The notes under the pieces were generated by a model. That model was not told where the DNA came from. It saw only the letters and a list, made by a program, of their open reading frames with translations, and ran no database searches. From Myxococcota bacterium (GTDB taxonomy: Bacteria > Myxococcota_A > UBA796 > SXON01): a stretch of 64,000 nucleotides of DNA. How positions within the stretch are numbered: position 1 is the stretch's first letter; every line of letters starts with the position of its first letter. This document shows positions 8,243-17,555 of this stretch, piece by piece. Made by a program: the position numbers and the translations under genes. The stretch spans positions 64,001 to 128,000 of the forward strand of contig JAZKFH010000002.1 in assembly GCA_040386535.1 (NCBI GenBank), read 5' to 3'.

Positions 8243-11200
8243 ATGTCCCCCTACGGTCGGCCCTTCGGGGTCCTTCTCCTCCTCGCCTCCGGCGTCTCCT
8301 CGCTCCCGGGCTGCGCGCCCGAGGGCTGCCTCTCCGGGGAGGATGGCTGCATCATCCCCTCCCCCTGCGAGGAGCTGGCTTTCACCTGTGAGGGTGGATC
8401 GACCGAGGTCTACGTCATCGGCGCGGGTGACACCCTACCCACACAGGCCGCCACGCTCGCGTCCCCGGGCGACATCGTGCTGGGCAACGACAAGGTGGTG
8501 GCCGTCATCGAGGCGCTCGATCACCCGCACTACCTCGGGCCCACCGGCGGCGGGTTGCTCGACTTCACGACGCGGGATCTCTCGGGCGCGAACGCCACGA
8601 ACGACTCGCTCCGGCACGTCTTCCCCACCACGGGCGTGCTCCCGGGCGACGCCGCGAATTTCACGTCCGTCGAGATCTTCGACGAGGGTGACATCAAGGC
8701 CGTGCAGCTCCTCGGCACGCTCGACGGGTACCCCGACGTGCGCATCGCCACCCGGTACGAGGTGCGCCCCTGCGAGCCCGGCGTGCGCATCCGCACGGAG
8801 ATCGTGAACGAGACGGTCGACACGCTCTCGTGGTTCCCCACCGACGCCTGGTACTTCGGGGACCGCGGCAACCTCCCCTTCGTGCCGGGGCCCGGCCTGG
8901 GCTTCACCTACCCCCCGTTCGGCCTGACCACCCTGCTCGACGGCTTCCGCGACGTGCCGTACATGGTGTCGGCCACGCACAGCAACCCGAACGGTGGCTC
9001 CGCGGCGGCCTACGCCGAGGTCGCGTGCAGTGAGGAGGCCCTCTCCGGCTTCCACAGCGTCCAGATCTCCGCGATCGGGCAGACCCCGCGCGTCGTGCAG
9101 CCGCGCGACTACTCGGTCTTCGAGCGCTTCATCGCCGCGGTCGACGGGCGTTCCGTCTCCTCCGCGGGTGACCTCGCGCTCGAGCTGCGCGAGCAGCTCT
9201 TCGGCGAGCCCTACACGGAGCTCTCGGGCACGGTGATCGCGCCGGGCGGCACCCTCGGGGAGGGCTTGCGCGCGAGCGTGCTCATCGCCGAGGGCAACGC
9301 GGGGATGGCGTTGGAGGCGCGCACGCCGTGGAGCCACACCTACCCCGACGCGAACGGGCGCTGGTCCGTGCGCGTGCCGGCGGGCCGCGACTACGTCGTG
9401 ACCGCAGAGGCGTTCGGCCAGCCCGCGGGCGAGGTCGAGGTGAGCGTCGGGACGGACGCCACCGAGGCGCCCTCGATGACCCTGGCGGCCGCCGCCGAGG
9501 TCACGATCGACGCCACGATCGACGGCGTGGCGGACCACGTGCTCGTGTTCGTGGTCCCGGCGGACGACGCGACGGACACCGCCGCCACCGGCGAGATGTT
9601 CGGCCACTTCGGGGCCTGCGCGCCCCTCCTCGGCAACCCGCACGGCCCCTCCCCGGCCTGCAATCGCGTGCTCGTCAACGGCCCGACCACCATCGCCATG
9701 CCGCCCGGCACCTATGACTTCGTGGCCGTGGCGGGCCCGTTCTCGTCGATGGGCGCGGCCCTCGGTGTCACCGTCGCCGCGGGCACCGGCCAGTCCGTCG
9801 CGCTCGAGATCGAGATGCTCGATCTGCAGCCCACGGGCACGCTCACCGGGGACTTCCACATCCACGGCGGCGCCTCGTTCGACAGCGGCATCCCCGATGT
9901 CGACCGCGTCAAGGCGTTCCTCGCTTCGCGCATCCAGGTGCTCGCGACCACCGAGCACGACACCGTGTGGGACTACTCCGCGGCGGCCGAGGCGCTCGGC
10001 GCGTCCGACCGGATGCAGCTCATCTCGGGCACGGAGTCGACCGGCCACATCCTGTTCCCCTTCCGCACCGACTACGGCTTCCCGCTCGTCGTCGGGCACT
10101 GGAACTTCTGGCCCGTCGCCTTCGATCCCGCCGGGCCCTACCGCGGCGCCTCGTGGGACGAGCTGGCCGAGCCGGGCGCGCTGATGACACGGCAGCGGGA
10201 CGAGGGGAATTGGGACCCGGACATCGGCGTGGCCCAGCTGAATCACCCCTTCGGCGGCCTGCAGTTCGGGCGCAACTACGGCTGGATCAGCGCCACGGGC
10301 ATGGACATCGACGAGCCGCCGCAGGAGTCGTACGATGGCTCCGGGCAGAGCCTCTTCCTCCACACGCCCGACGGCGCGGACTTCTCCAACGCTGACTACG
10401 ACGTGCAGGAGGTCATGAACGGCACGAAGAACGAGCTGTTGCTCGGCTACCGGGCGTTCTGGTTCTACCTGCTGAACCACGGCATCGTCCGCGCGGGCAC
10501 CGCCAACAGCGACTCCCACTCGCTCACCGAGAACGTGGTCGGGAGCCCCCTCAACCTCGTGTGGAGCGACACGACGTTCGAGTCGTTCGACCTCGGCACG
10601 TTCGACGCCTCGCTCCGCGAAGGGCGCTCCATCGGCACGAACGGCCCCGTGATCGAGGCGCGGGTGACCGACACCGGCACCACCCGCTCCCCGTCCGTCG
10701 TCCCCTTCACGCCCGGCGCGGCCGCCCAGCTCGAGATCGTCCTGACCGCCGCGCCGTGGGTCCCGATCGACGAGGTGCGCATCCTCGTCAATGGGGAGGT
10801 GGTGCGCACCCTGACCGACGAGCTCGTCACCCCCGCGGATCCGTTCGGCACCGACATCACCACCCGCCTCTCCGTGACGATCCCGCTCTCCGAGCTGGTC
10901 CCCGCCTCGGGGGACGCGTGGCTGCTGATCGAGGCGGGCGCGCCGCTCACGGACAACGTGGATCTCGACTGTGACGGGTTCCCCGACACGGGTGACAACA
11001 ACGGGGACGGCGTCATCGACGATCTCGACGTGGACACGAACGCCGACGGCGTGGTGGACGGGCTCGACGCCCTCCCCGAGGTCGACTCCGCCGGGTGCCT
11101 CTCCGCCTCCGGCCCGATGACCGAGCCCGCCGCCCCCGAGCGCGGCACGCCGGCGTGGTACTTCCGCGCCGTGACCCCGCCGCACGGCTATCCGATGTCG

Positions 11201-11263
11201 TTCACCAACCCCTTCTTCGTCGATGGCGACGCGGACGGCACGTTCACCGGGGTGGATCAGTGA
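8243..11263 (+). CDS. Lipoprotein, PHP-domain (CehA/McbA-like) metallohydrolase with carboxypeptidase-regulatory-like domains
   Basis: Lipobox-like LPGC. Motifs GDFHIH, TEHD, GHWN, LNHP and ANSDSH; C-terminal Dx[DN]xDG repeats; ends with FTNPF. Alternative start at 8231. Confidence 0.8.
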   Translation: MSPYGRPFGVLLLLASGVSSLPGCAPEGCLSGEDGCIIPSPCEELAFTCEGGSTEVYVIGAGDTLPTQAATLASPGDIVLGNDKVVAVIEALDHPHYLGPTGGGLLDFTTRDLSGANATNDSLRHVFPTTGVLPGDAANFTSVEIFDEGDIKAVQLLGTLDGYPDVRIATRYEVRPCEPGVRIRTEIVNETVDTLSWFPTDAWYFGDRGNLPFVPGPGLGFTYPPFGLTTLLDGFRDVPYMVSATHSNPNGGSAAAYAEVACSEEALSGFHSVQISAIGQTPRVVQPRDYSVFERFIAAVDGRSVSSAGDLALELREQLFGEPYTELSGTVIAPGGTLGEGLRASVLIAEGNAGMALEARTPWSHTYPDANGRWSVRVPAGRDYVVTAEAFGQPAGEVEVSVGTDATEAPSMTLAAAAEVTIDATIDGVADHVLVFVVPADDATDTAATGEMFGHFGACAPLLGNPHGPSPACNRVLVNGPTTIAMPPGTYDFVAVAGPFSSMGAALGVTVAAGTGQSVALEIEMLDLQPTGTLTGDFHIHGGASFDSGIPDVDRVKAFLASRIQVLATTEHDTVWDYSAAAEALGASDRMQLISGTESTGHILFPFRTDYGFPLVVGHWNFWPVAFDPAGPYRGASWDELAEPGALMTRQRDEGNWDPDIGVAQLNHPFGGLQFGRNYGWISATGMDIDEPPQESYDGSGQSLFLHTPDGADFSNADYDVQEVMNGTKNELLLGYRAFWFYLLNHGIVRAGTANSDSHSLTENVVGSPLNLVWSDTTFESFDLGTFDASLREGRSIGTNGPVIEARVTDTGTTRSPSVVPFTPGAAAQLEIVLTAAPWVPIDEVRILVNGEVVRTLTDELVTPADPFGTDITTRLSVTIPLSELVPASGDAWLLIEAGAPLTDNVDLDCDGFPDTGDNNGDGVIDDLDVDTNADGVVDGLDALPEVDSAGCLSASGPMTEPAAPERGTPAWYFRAVTPPHGYPMSFTNPFFVDGDADGTFTGVDQ

Positions 11264-12135
11264 TGGGCGCTGCGTTGCTGGCTTCGGTGTGGTTGGCCTC
11301 GACGGTGTTGTCGTCCACGGCCTGGGCCGGCCCCTGCGAGGCGGACACCACCGGCATCGCCTCCGGCCCCGTGACCGTCGGCTTCCAGGACGGTGACCTG
11401 GGGGTGCCGCGCCGCGTGTGTGGCCGCACGGAGGTGGCGCTCGCCCCCGGCGGGCTCGCCGTGGTCGACACGGCGAACTTCTACGGGCACATCGTGGCGG
11501 GGGGCTCGTTGGAGGGCAGCTGGGCGCCGTCGCGACGCACCGAGGTGTTCGCGAGCATCGAGGCGTTCCGCTACGACAGCGTCATCACGCCGATCACCGC
11601 GACCTACATGGGCTTCGGCCACATCGCGGTCGGGGCCTCCCAGCGGCTCTGGGACAACGACACGTTCGCCGTCGGCCTCCACGGCCGGGTCGTGGCGCCC
11701 ACCGCGGTGGGCCTTTACCGGAACGCCTACCCCATCGGCCTCGACGTGGGCGTGTCCGGGCTCTGGGCTCCCCTCCCCACCCTCCGCGTGCACGCCGACG
11801 TGGCGGGGCTGGGCTCGGCGGCGATCTCGCACGGCCCCGCCCTGCCACGGGCCGGCGCCCGGGTGATGCTCGGGGGCGAGTGGCAGCCGGTGAAGCCGTT
11901 CGCGTTGGTGCTCGATGTCACCTCCGGGTTCGGCTACACCGCCCCTGTCGACCACGTGGCGGGTTCGCTCGGGCTGCGCTTCGCCGTGGGCGAGCGCGTC
12001 GGGATCGAGCTCGGCGCGAGTGTGCCGTTCGCCGGCCGCGAACGCGCGCTGGCCGCGGGGGAGCTGAAGGTCAACGTGCGCCTCGGCAAGCTCGAGGGAC
12101 ACGTAGCGGCTCCCAAGCCCGTCCCGCCCGGCTGA
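11263..12135 (+). CDS. Exported hypothetical protein, probable outer-membrane beta-barrel
   Basis: Signal peptide ending AWA, alternating amphipathic beta-strand pattern, TGATG overlap with the upstream gene. Confidence 0.6.
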   Translation: MGAALLASVWLASTVLSSTAWAGPCEADTTGIASGPVTVGFQDGDLGVPRRVCGRTEVALAPGGLAVVDTANFYGHIVAGGSLEGSWAPSRRTEVFASIEAFRYDSVITPITATYMGFGHIAVGASQRLWDNDTFAVGLHGRVVAPTAVGLYRNAYPIGLDVGVSGLWAPLPTLRVHADVAGLGSAAISHGPALPRAGARVMLGGEWQPVKPFALVLDVTSGFGYTAPVDHVAGSLGLRFAVGERVGIELGASVPFAGRERALAAGELKVNVRLGKLEGHVAAPKPVPPG

Positions 12136-12169
12136 TCACCGGGCGGGAGCGCCTCGGGCCGTGAGCGGG

Positions 12170-13912
12170 CTACCCCGCCGCGACCGCGACCATGCCGCCG
12201 AACGCCGCGGCGATGGCGCTCACGACCGCGGTGGCCACGCTCCACCACGCCGCGGACGCCGCGGTCTTGCGGGCCTCCTCGGCCTGCTTCATCGTCTCGT
12301 CCCGCGCCACGAGGAGCCGACGTTCGACCTCGTCCCGCACCGCGCGCACGCGCCGGGTGACCGAGTCCCGCGCGGCCTCCACCTGCTGGAGGATGCGCTC
12401 CGCGTCCTGCTCGGAGAGGTCCCGGCGGGAGGCGAGGATCGCCTTGACCGTGTCCCGGTCGATCGCCTTGACCCGCTCGGCGAGCGCCTCGGCGCCCACG
12501 CCCGGCTCCTCCAGGAGGCGCTCGATGTCGGTCCGGACGCCCTCGTAGTCGAGCTCCGGCCGGTCCAGCGACTCCAGGTAGGCGCGCACCTTGCTCGTCG
12601 CCCGTTCGCGCGCGCCCGTCGTCTCGGGGCTCGGCGCCGCGGCCCCCTTCCCGCGCGGCACGATCGAGCGGGCCCACCGCTCCACGGTGTCGAGGATGCG
12701 GTGCGCCTCGTCGGGGCTGATGTCGGAGCGCTGCGCCAGGATGGCCTCGATCGTGCCGCGATCGATCATGCGGACACGGTCACGCAGGGCGGTGAACCCC
12801 ATCGACGGCTCCGCGAACAGGCGATCGAGGTCGTGCTTGATCCCGTCGGGGTCGAGCGCCTCCTTGCCCGTGCTCCGCAGCCACTCCTCGATGCGGGTCC
12901 GGGTCGAGGCCGCCTCGTCCTTGCTCCGCCCGGTGAGGCGGAGCGCCGTGTCCGCAACGGTGGTCACGGTGTCCTTGCCCGAGAACGCCTCCTCCTTGAT
13001 GACCCGAAGCGCGTCGTCCACCCCTTGGGCGACCGCCTGCACGTCCCGGCCCTGCATCGTGGGCCGCGCGCGCAGCACACTCACGACGACCTCCCGATCG
13101 ACCAGGGGCTCGCCCTCGTGCTCCGCGATGGCCTGGATCTCGGTCTCGTTGAAGAGCTGCTGCACCTCCCGGCGCACCGACGCGGGATCGATGGGCTTCG
13201 GCGCGAGCTGCTGGACGTAGCCGCGGACCTCGTCGCGCACCCGATCCATTCGCACGTCCCGGAACAGCTCGTCCTTCACCGCGCGGGTGATGCGCGCGGC
13301 CGTGTCCGCCGCGCGGGTGTCCTCGGAGCGCGCGAAGGCGCCGGACATCCCACCCCACGCCGAGCTGATCCCGGTCCCGACGGTCTTGAGCAGGGTGCCG
13401 ACCAGCGACCACGCCGCCGTGGCCTGCACGGTGGACATCACCAGGTAGAACAATGCCCAGATCGTCAGGCCGATGACGGCGCCCAGCAACGAGCTGATCG
13501 TCAGGGAGAGCTCGACCGCCAGCCAACTGGCGAAGAACAACGCGAGGCTCGCCGTGACCAACGCCCACAGGCCGATGCCACGGGTGAATTGGCGCGCGCG
13601 TTCGCCGAACGTGGACGCCCGGTCCGGCCGGCGCGCGTGCCGCTCCCGGTCGTCCCGATCCTCGTCGGGCGTGATCTTGAAGGCGCTCACCCCGGCCGCG
13701 AAGGAGAGGTTGGTGAGCAGGAATTGGAAGCCGACAGCGAGGACGAGGCCCGCGAAGATGGCGAGCCAGAAGTTTGGACCGGCCATCAGTGCGGTCGCCT
13801 CCTGTGGTGAGAGTACGAACGGATCCTGGGCGTGGGCGCGTGTCGCGAGACCCACGCCCAGCAGGCCGACAAGGAGCGCTCTGTTGGCGCCCCGGTTTGC
13901 AAGTCGAAACAT
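12170..13912 (-). CDS. Membrane protein with N-terminal TM bundle, internal helical repeats and a C-terminal TM helix
   Basis: Three imperfect DRxTxxAILAxRxDxSxxxAxRI repeats, hydrophobic ends, G-rich SD before ATG 13912. Confidence 0.75.
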   Translation of the reverse strand: MFRLANRGANRALLVGLLGVGLATRAHAQDPFVLSPQEATALMAGPNFWLAIFAGLVLAVGFQFLLTNLSFAAGVSAFKITPDEDRDDRERHARRPDRASTFGERARQFTRGIGLWALVTASLALFFASWLAVELSLTISSLLGAVIGLTIWALFYLVMSTVQATAAWSLVGTLLKTVGTGISSAWGGMSGAFARSEDTRAADTAARITRAVKDELFRDVRMDRVRDEVRGYVQQLAPKPIDPASVRREVQQLFNETEIQAIAEHEGEPLVDREVVVSVLRARPTMQGRDVQAVAQGVDDALRVIKEEAFSGKDTVTTVADTALRLTGRSKDEAASTRTRIEEWLRSTGKEALDPDGIKHDLDRLFAEPSMGFTALRDRVRMIDRGTIEAILAQRSDISPDEAHRILDTVERWARSIVPRGKGAAAPSPETTGARERATSKVRAYLESLDRPELDYEGVRTDIERLLEEPGVGAEALAERVKAIDRDTVKAILASRRDLSEQDAERILQQVEAARDSVTRRVRAVRDEVERRLLVARDETMKQAEEARKTAASAAWWSVATAVVSAIAAAFGGMVAVAAG

Positions 13913-14052
13913 GGTCCCCCCCAATGATCCAAGCTAAACGCCGGCCTCCGGGGGGTGAAGCGAGGCGCCGCCCGGCGGGCGAAATATCCACGTGCCACAC
14001 AAGCGGGCAGGCCGGCCCTCGGCTACGGTGTCGCGCCTCTCTCGGAGCCTCG

Positions 14053-15624
14053 ATGACCTTGCGCCGTCCACCCGTGCCGTTCCTCCTCGGTGTCCTGGCG
14101 CTCGGCGCTTGCGTGAAGCCGACCGACGAAGACGTGAAGACGCCGCTGGGCCCCACGCTCCCCGCCGACCCGATCATCGGCATCGCCAACATCGACGACG
14201 ACGACGAGAACGGCGAGTCCGACTGGGACGACGCGGGCCCCGAGGGCGACAACGATCGCGTCTCGGTCGATCTGTCGGGCTTCGGCCCGCTCCAGCTCAC
14301 CCTCGCCGGCGATCTGGACCTGCTCCGGGTGTGGCAGGATGGCGAGATCAAGCTCGACGCCGACCATGCGGACGCGACCATCGAGCCCGGCACGATCGAG
14401 GTGGAGTTCGGGGACTTCCTCGCGATCGGCACGCTCGTCGTCACGCCCACGGACCAGCCCGAGGCCGCCGTGACCCTCGCGCTCACCTCCGCGCCGCTCA
14501 TCCTCAACCACCACCTGGAGGGCGCTGAGCTGGTCGTGGCGATGTCCTCCACGGGCCGATCGGGCAACGAGGCGTTCGTCTCGGGCTTCCAGGACGTGCT
14601 GGGGGGCGCCTTCACCCCGTACGACCTGAACGACTACGGCTTCGACGTCTGGGTGCAGGACGAGCTGGAGTTCGCCACGCTCACGGCGCCCGCCCACCGG
14701 ATGGACGTGGTCATCGACTCCATCCGCACCGACAACAACCGCTACCTCGACAACGTGCCCGAGCGCGAGATGGAGCGGCCCGACACCGCCATCCGCACCT
14801 GGGGCACCGGCCGCGCCACCTCCCAGGACTCCTTCGGCAACCTGGAGGTGTCACCCCCTGTCACGGTGGATGGTGTCGAGTATCCCTTCGGCCGCATCTA
14901 TTGGGGTGACTTCCGCGGGCGCGGTGTCACGGACGAACTGGCGGAGATGCTCGTAGCGCAGCGGGTGCAGGCCCCTTTCCAGATCGACAACAGCTTCCTG
15001 TGCGTCGGGCACGTGGACGAGTTCTCCAGCTTCGTGCCCGATCCCGCCTCGCCGAAGGGCTTCCGGTTCCTGTACGCGGACACGAACCTCGGCCGCTCGT
15101 TCCTCGAGGGGCTCGATCCGGCGCTCTCGCTCCCGCAGTACCGGACCGACCACGGCTACGCCACGGTCGGGGCGATGCTGGAGGACGACTCGTTGTGGGC
15201 GCAGAACGAGGACATGCAGGCGGACTACCTCGATCCGAACCTCGCCATCTTCAAGGCCGAGCTCGGGTTGGACGATGACGACATCATCCTCGTCCCGGCG
15301 GTCTTCGAGGAGAGCGCGGAGTGTGGCGGCGGCGCGCTCGCGCTCATCCCGGCCACGGTCAACATGGTCGTCGCCGACCTGGGGAGCGGCCCCGAGCTGT
15401 TCCTGCCGGACCCGTTCCTCCGCGCCGACGTGGACGACCAATCGACCGACCCGTTCATCGCCGAGGTCGCGTCGCTCCTGCCGTCGACCCTCAACCTGAA
15501 TTGGTTGGACGATTGGGATTGGTACCACATGGCCTGGGGCGAGGTGCACTGCGGCAGCAACACCCGCCGCACCCCGAACCGTGACTGGTGGACCGACGCG
15601 AAGCACCTCCTGGAGGGCGAATGA
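14053..15624 (+). CDS. Protein-arginine deiminase (animal PADI-type), lipoprotein
   Basis: WVQDELEF, DSFGNLEVSPPVTVDGVEYPFGRI, VGHVDEF and GEVHCGSN..R..W match PADI catalytic motifs (Asp, His, Asp, Cys). Lipobox LGAC at Cys20. Confidence 0.92.
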   Translation: MTLRRPPVPFLLGVLALGACVKPTDEDVKTPLGPTLPADPIIGIANIDDDDENGESDWDDAGPEGDNDRVSVDLSGFGPLQLTLAGDLDLLRVWQDGEIKLDADHADATIEPGTIEVEFGDFLAIGTLVVTPTDQPEAAVTLALTSAPLILNHHLEGAELVVAMSSTGRSGNEAFVSGFQDVLGGAFTPYDLNDYGFDVWVQDELEFATLTAPAHRMDVVIDSIRTDNNRYLDNVPEREMERPDTAIRTWGTGRATSQDSFGNLEVSPPVTVDGVEYPFGRIYWGDFRGRGVTDELAEMLVAQRVQAPFQIDNSFLCVGHVDEFSSFVPDPASPKGFRFLYADTNLGRSFLEGLDPALSLPQYRTDHGYATVGAMLEDDSLWAQNEDMQADYLDPNLAIFKAELGLDDDDIILVPAVFEESAECGGGALALIPATVNMVVADLGSGPELFLPDPFLRADVDDQSTDPFIAEVASLLPSTLNLNWLDDWDWYHMAWGEVHCGSNTRRTPNRDWWTDAKHLLEGE

Positions 15625-16538
15625 GCCTGATCCTGTTCGCCGCCCTCGGGGTGGCCCTCGCCGGAACGCCGGACCTCCGTTCGCCCGAGGCCCTCGGGCT
15701 CGATCCTTCGGGGACCGCGGCCCCCGCCGCCCTCGCCCCCGCCGCGACAGCCGCGCTCGCCGCGCCGGACGCCAGCGCCCTCGCCCGCGCGCCGGTCTCC
15801 GACGGGATGCTCCAGTCGCTGGTGGAGAGCGCCGGCTGGCGCCTCCGCGCGCGTGCTGGCGCCGCGCTTCAGTGGCGCCGTGACTCGACCTTCGCCGCCG
15901 CGGTCGCGACCGCTGCCCCGTTGACCACGCGGAACGGGGCCATCCGGTTCACCGACCGCACGCTCCGCGTGCCCGAAGCGGCCCCGCTCCTCGTCGAACG
16001 GCTCACCTCCTCGGACACCCCGAGCGCCGAACGCGCCGCCCTGGTGGACGCCCTGCGCCTCTCCGGCGGAGACTGGAGCGAGGCCGTCGCGGGCCAGCTC
16101 GCCGTCGAGCCGGACGCCCTGGTGCGGGAGCAGCTCGCGGGCGCCCTGGAGCACGCCGAGGCCGACATCGCGTTCACGGGCCTTGGCCTCGCGGTGTCCG
16201 ATTCGGACGGGGGCGTTCGCGCCGCCGCGCTCCGGGCCATCGGGGAGCGCGCGGATGGGGCCCGGTACGAGGCGTTCATCGTCGCCGCCCTTCGGGACAC
16301 GGATCCCGAGGCGCGGGCCTTGGCCGTGCGCGCGGCCGGCTGGCTGGGCCTCACGAGTACCTGGAACGCCGTGGCAGCCTTGCTCTCGGACCCCGACGCC
16401 GACGTCCGCCTCAAAGCCGTCGCGTCCCTCGAGCGGCTCGACGCGGCCCGCGCGGCAGGGTTGCCCGGGCTCCAGGCGCTCACGCGGGATCCCGACGCGC
16501 GTGTGGCCCGGGCCGCCGAACGCGTGCTCGGCCGGTAG
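15621..16538 (+). CDS. Exported HEAT-repeat protein
   Basis: Signal peptide MSLILFAALGVALA, several D.D..VR..A..AL repeats, ATGA overlap with the PAD stop codon. Confidence 0.85.
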   Translation: MSLILFAALGVALAGTPDLRSPEALGLDPSGTAAPAALAPAATAALAAPDASALARAPVSDGMLQSLVESAGWRLRARAGAALQWRRDSTFAAAVATAAPLTTRNGAIRFTDRTLRVPEAAPLLVERLTSSDTPSAERAALVDALRLSGGDWSEAVAGQLAVEPDALVREQLAGALEHAEADIAFTGLGLAVSDSDGGVRAAALRAIGERADGARYEAFIVAALRDTDPEARALAVRAAGWLGLTSTWNAVAALLSDPDADVRLKAVASLERLDAARAAGLPGLQALTRDPDARVARAAERVLGR

Positions 16539-16549
16539 TCCGCGGACAC

Positions 16550-16569
16550 CCCCTCGGTAGTCCGAGGGG
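16550..16569. terminator. GC hairpin after the PAD-HEAT unit
   Basis: CCCCTCGG-tagt-CCGAGGGG perfect 8-bp stem. No U-tract on the + strand. Confidence 0.35.
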
Positions 16570-16605
16570 AAAGCGGGCTTATTCCATGCTCATCCCGAGG
16601 CGTGC

Positions 16606-17094
16606 ATGGTGTGGGCGTTTTTGTTGGCGGCGTGTGGTGGGGTGCGTGGCGACCAGGCCGAGGGGCTCGTGCTCAACGAGGTCCTGGCGAAGAACTCGCT
16701 GACCAACGCGGACGAAGCGGGCGAGTTCGACGACTGGGTCGAGGTCTTCAACGGCGGCGCCGAGCCGGTCTCGCGGACGGGGCTCTACCTCTCGGACGAT
16801 GCCAACGCGCCCGGCCGCTGGCCGTTCCCCGAGGGCGAGCCGATCGAGCCCGGCGCCTACGTGCTGGTCTGGTGCGACGGGCAGCCCGAGCAGGGCGATC
16901 TGCACGCCCCCTTCAAGCTCGGCGGGCTGGGCGAGACCGTGGCCCTCTCCTACATCGACGCTGAGGAGCCCAAGGCGCTCGACCACGTGGACTTCGGCGA
17001 ACAGCTGGCCGATGTCGCGTGGGCGCGGGTCCCGGACGGCGGCGCCGAGTGGCTCGCCATGGCACCGACGCCCGGCGAGACGAACGGAGACTGA
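16606..17094 (+). CDS. Lamin-tail-domain lipoprotein
   Basis: Lipobox LLAAC; LVLNEVLAKN, DWVEVFN, GLYLSDD, W.FP, ARVPDG and PTPG.TN. Confidence 0.85.
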   Translation: MVWAFLLAACGGVRGDQAEGLVLNEVLAKNSLTNADEAGEFDDWVEVFNGGAEPVSRTGLYLSDDANAPGRWPFPEGEPIEPGAYVLVWCDGQPEQGDLHAPFKLGGLGETVALSYIDAEEPKALDHVDFGEQLADVAWARVPDGGAEWLAMAPTPGETNGD

Positions 17095-17153
17095 GTCACG
17101 ACGAGACCGCCGCGCACGAGGCGCGCAGCCCGCGGTCCGGTTAAACGGCCGAC

Positions 17154-17549
17154 ATGACGTCCGACGAGATTTTGCGTGTCCGCCGCCGCCTCGAAGAGCT
17201 GCGCATCGAAGTGGAGGGCGCGGGTAATGTGGCCGTGCGTGCCGACGATATCGGGTCGGTGCCGAGCGCCGCGGACGAGGACGAAGCCCCGTACCGCGAG
17301 ATGGACCAATCCATTGCGAGCAGCCGGAACCGCGTGCGCGCGGACCAGCTGCTGCGCATCGCGCACGCAGAGCGCCGCCTCGAGGAAGACCCCGAGAGCT
17401 TCGGCCTCTGCGAGAAGTGTGAGGAGCCCATCCCGCCGAAGCGGCTCGAGCTCCTCCCGTTCGTGCGCCGGTGTGTCGACTGCCAGACCGCGGCCGAGAC
17501 CAAGTCGAGCAAGCCGGTGCGCAAGAAGGTCACCGACTACCACGACTGA
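17154..17549 (+). CDS. TraR/DksA C4-type zinc finger protein
   Basis: FGLCEKCEEPIPPKRLELLP...CVDCQ. Confidence 0.88.
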   Translation: MTSDEILRVRRRLEELRIEVEGAGNVAVRADDIGSVPSAADEDEAPYREMDQSIASSRNRVRADQLLRIAHAERRLEEDPESFGLCEKCEEPIPPKRLELLPFVRRCVDCQTAAETKSSKPVRKKVTDYHD

Positions 17550-17555
17550 CCGCGG

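Noticed and set aside
8435..11185. Long antisense and alternate-frame ORFs (e.g. 916 aa at 8435-11185; also 24106-25839, 42580-44652, 51388-53493, 58674-60845)
   Set aside because: These are shadow ORFs opposite well-supported genes. They are expected in high-GC DNA with few stop codons and have no recognisable motifs.
17154..17549. Calling this gene dksA
   Set aside because: The coiled-coil tip reads ADEDEA rather than a clear DxxDxA, so only family-level assignment is supported.
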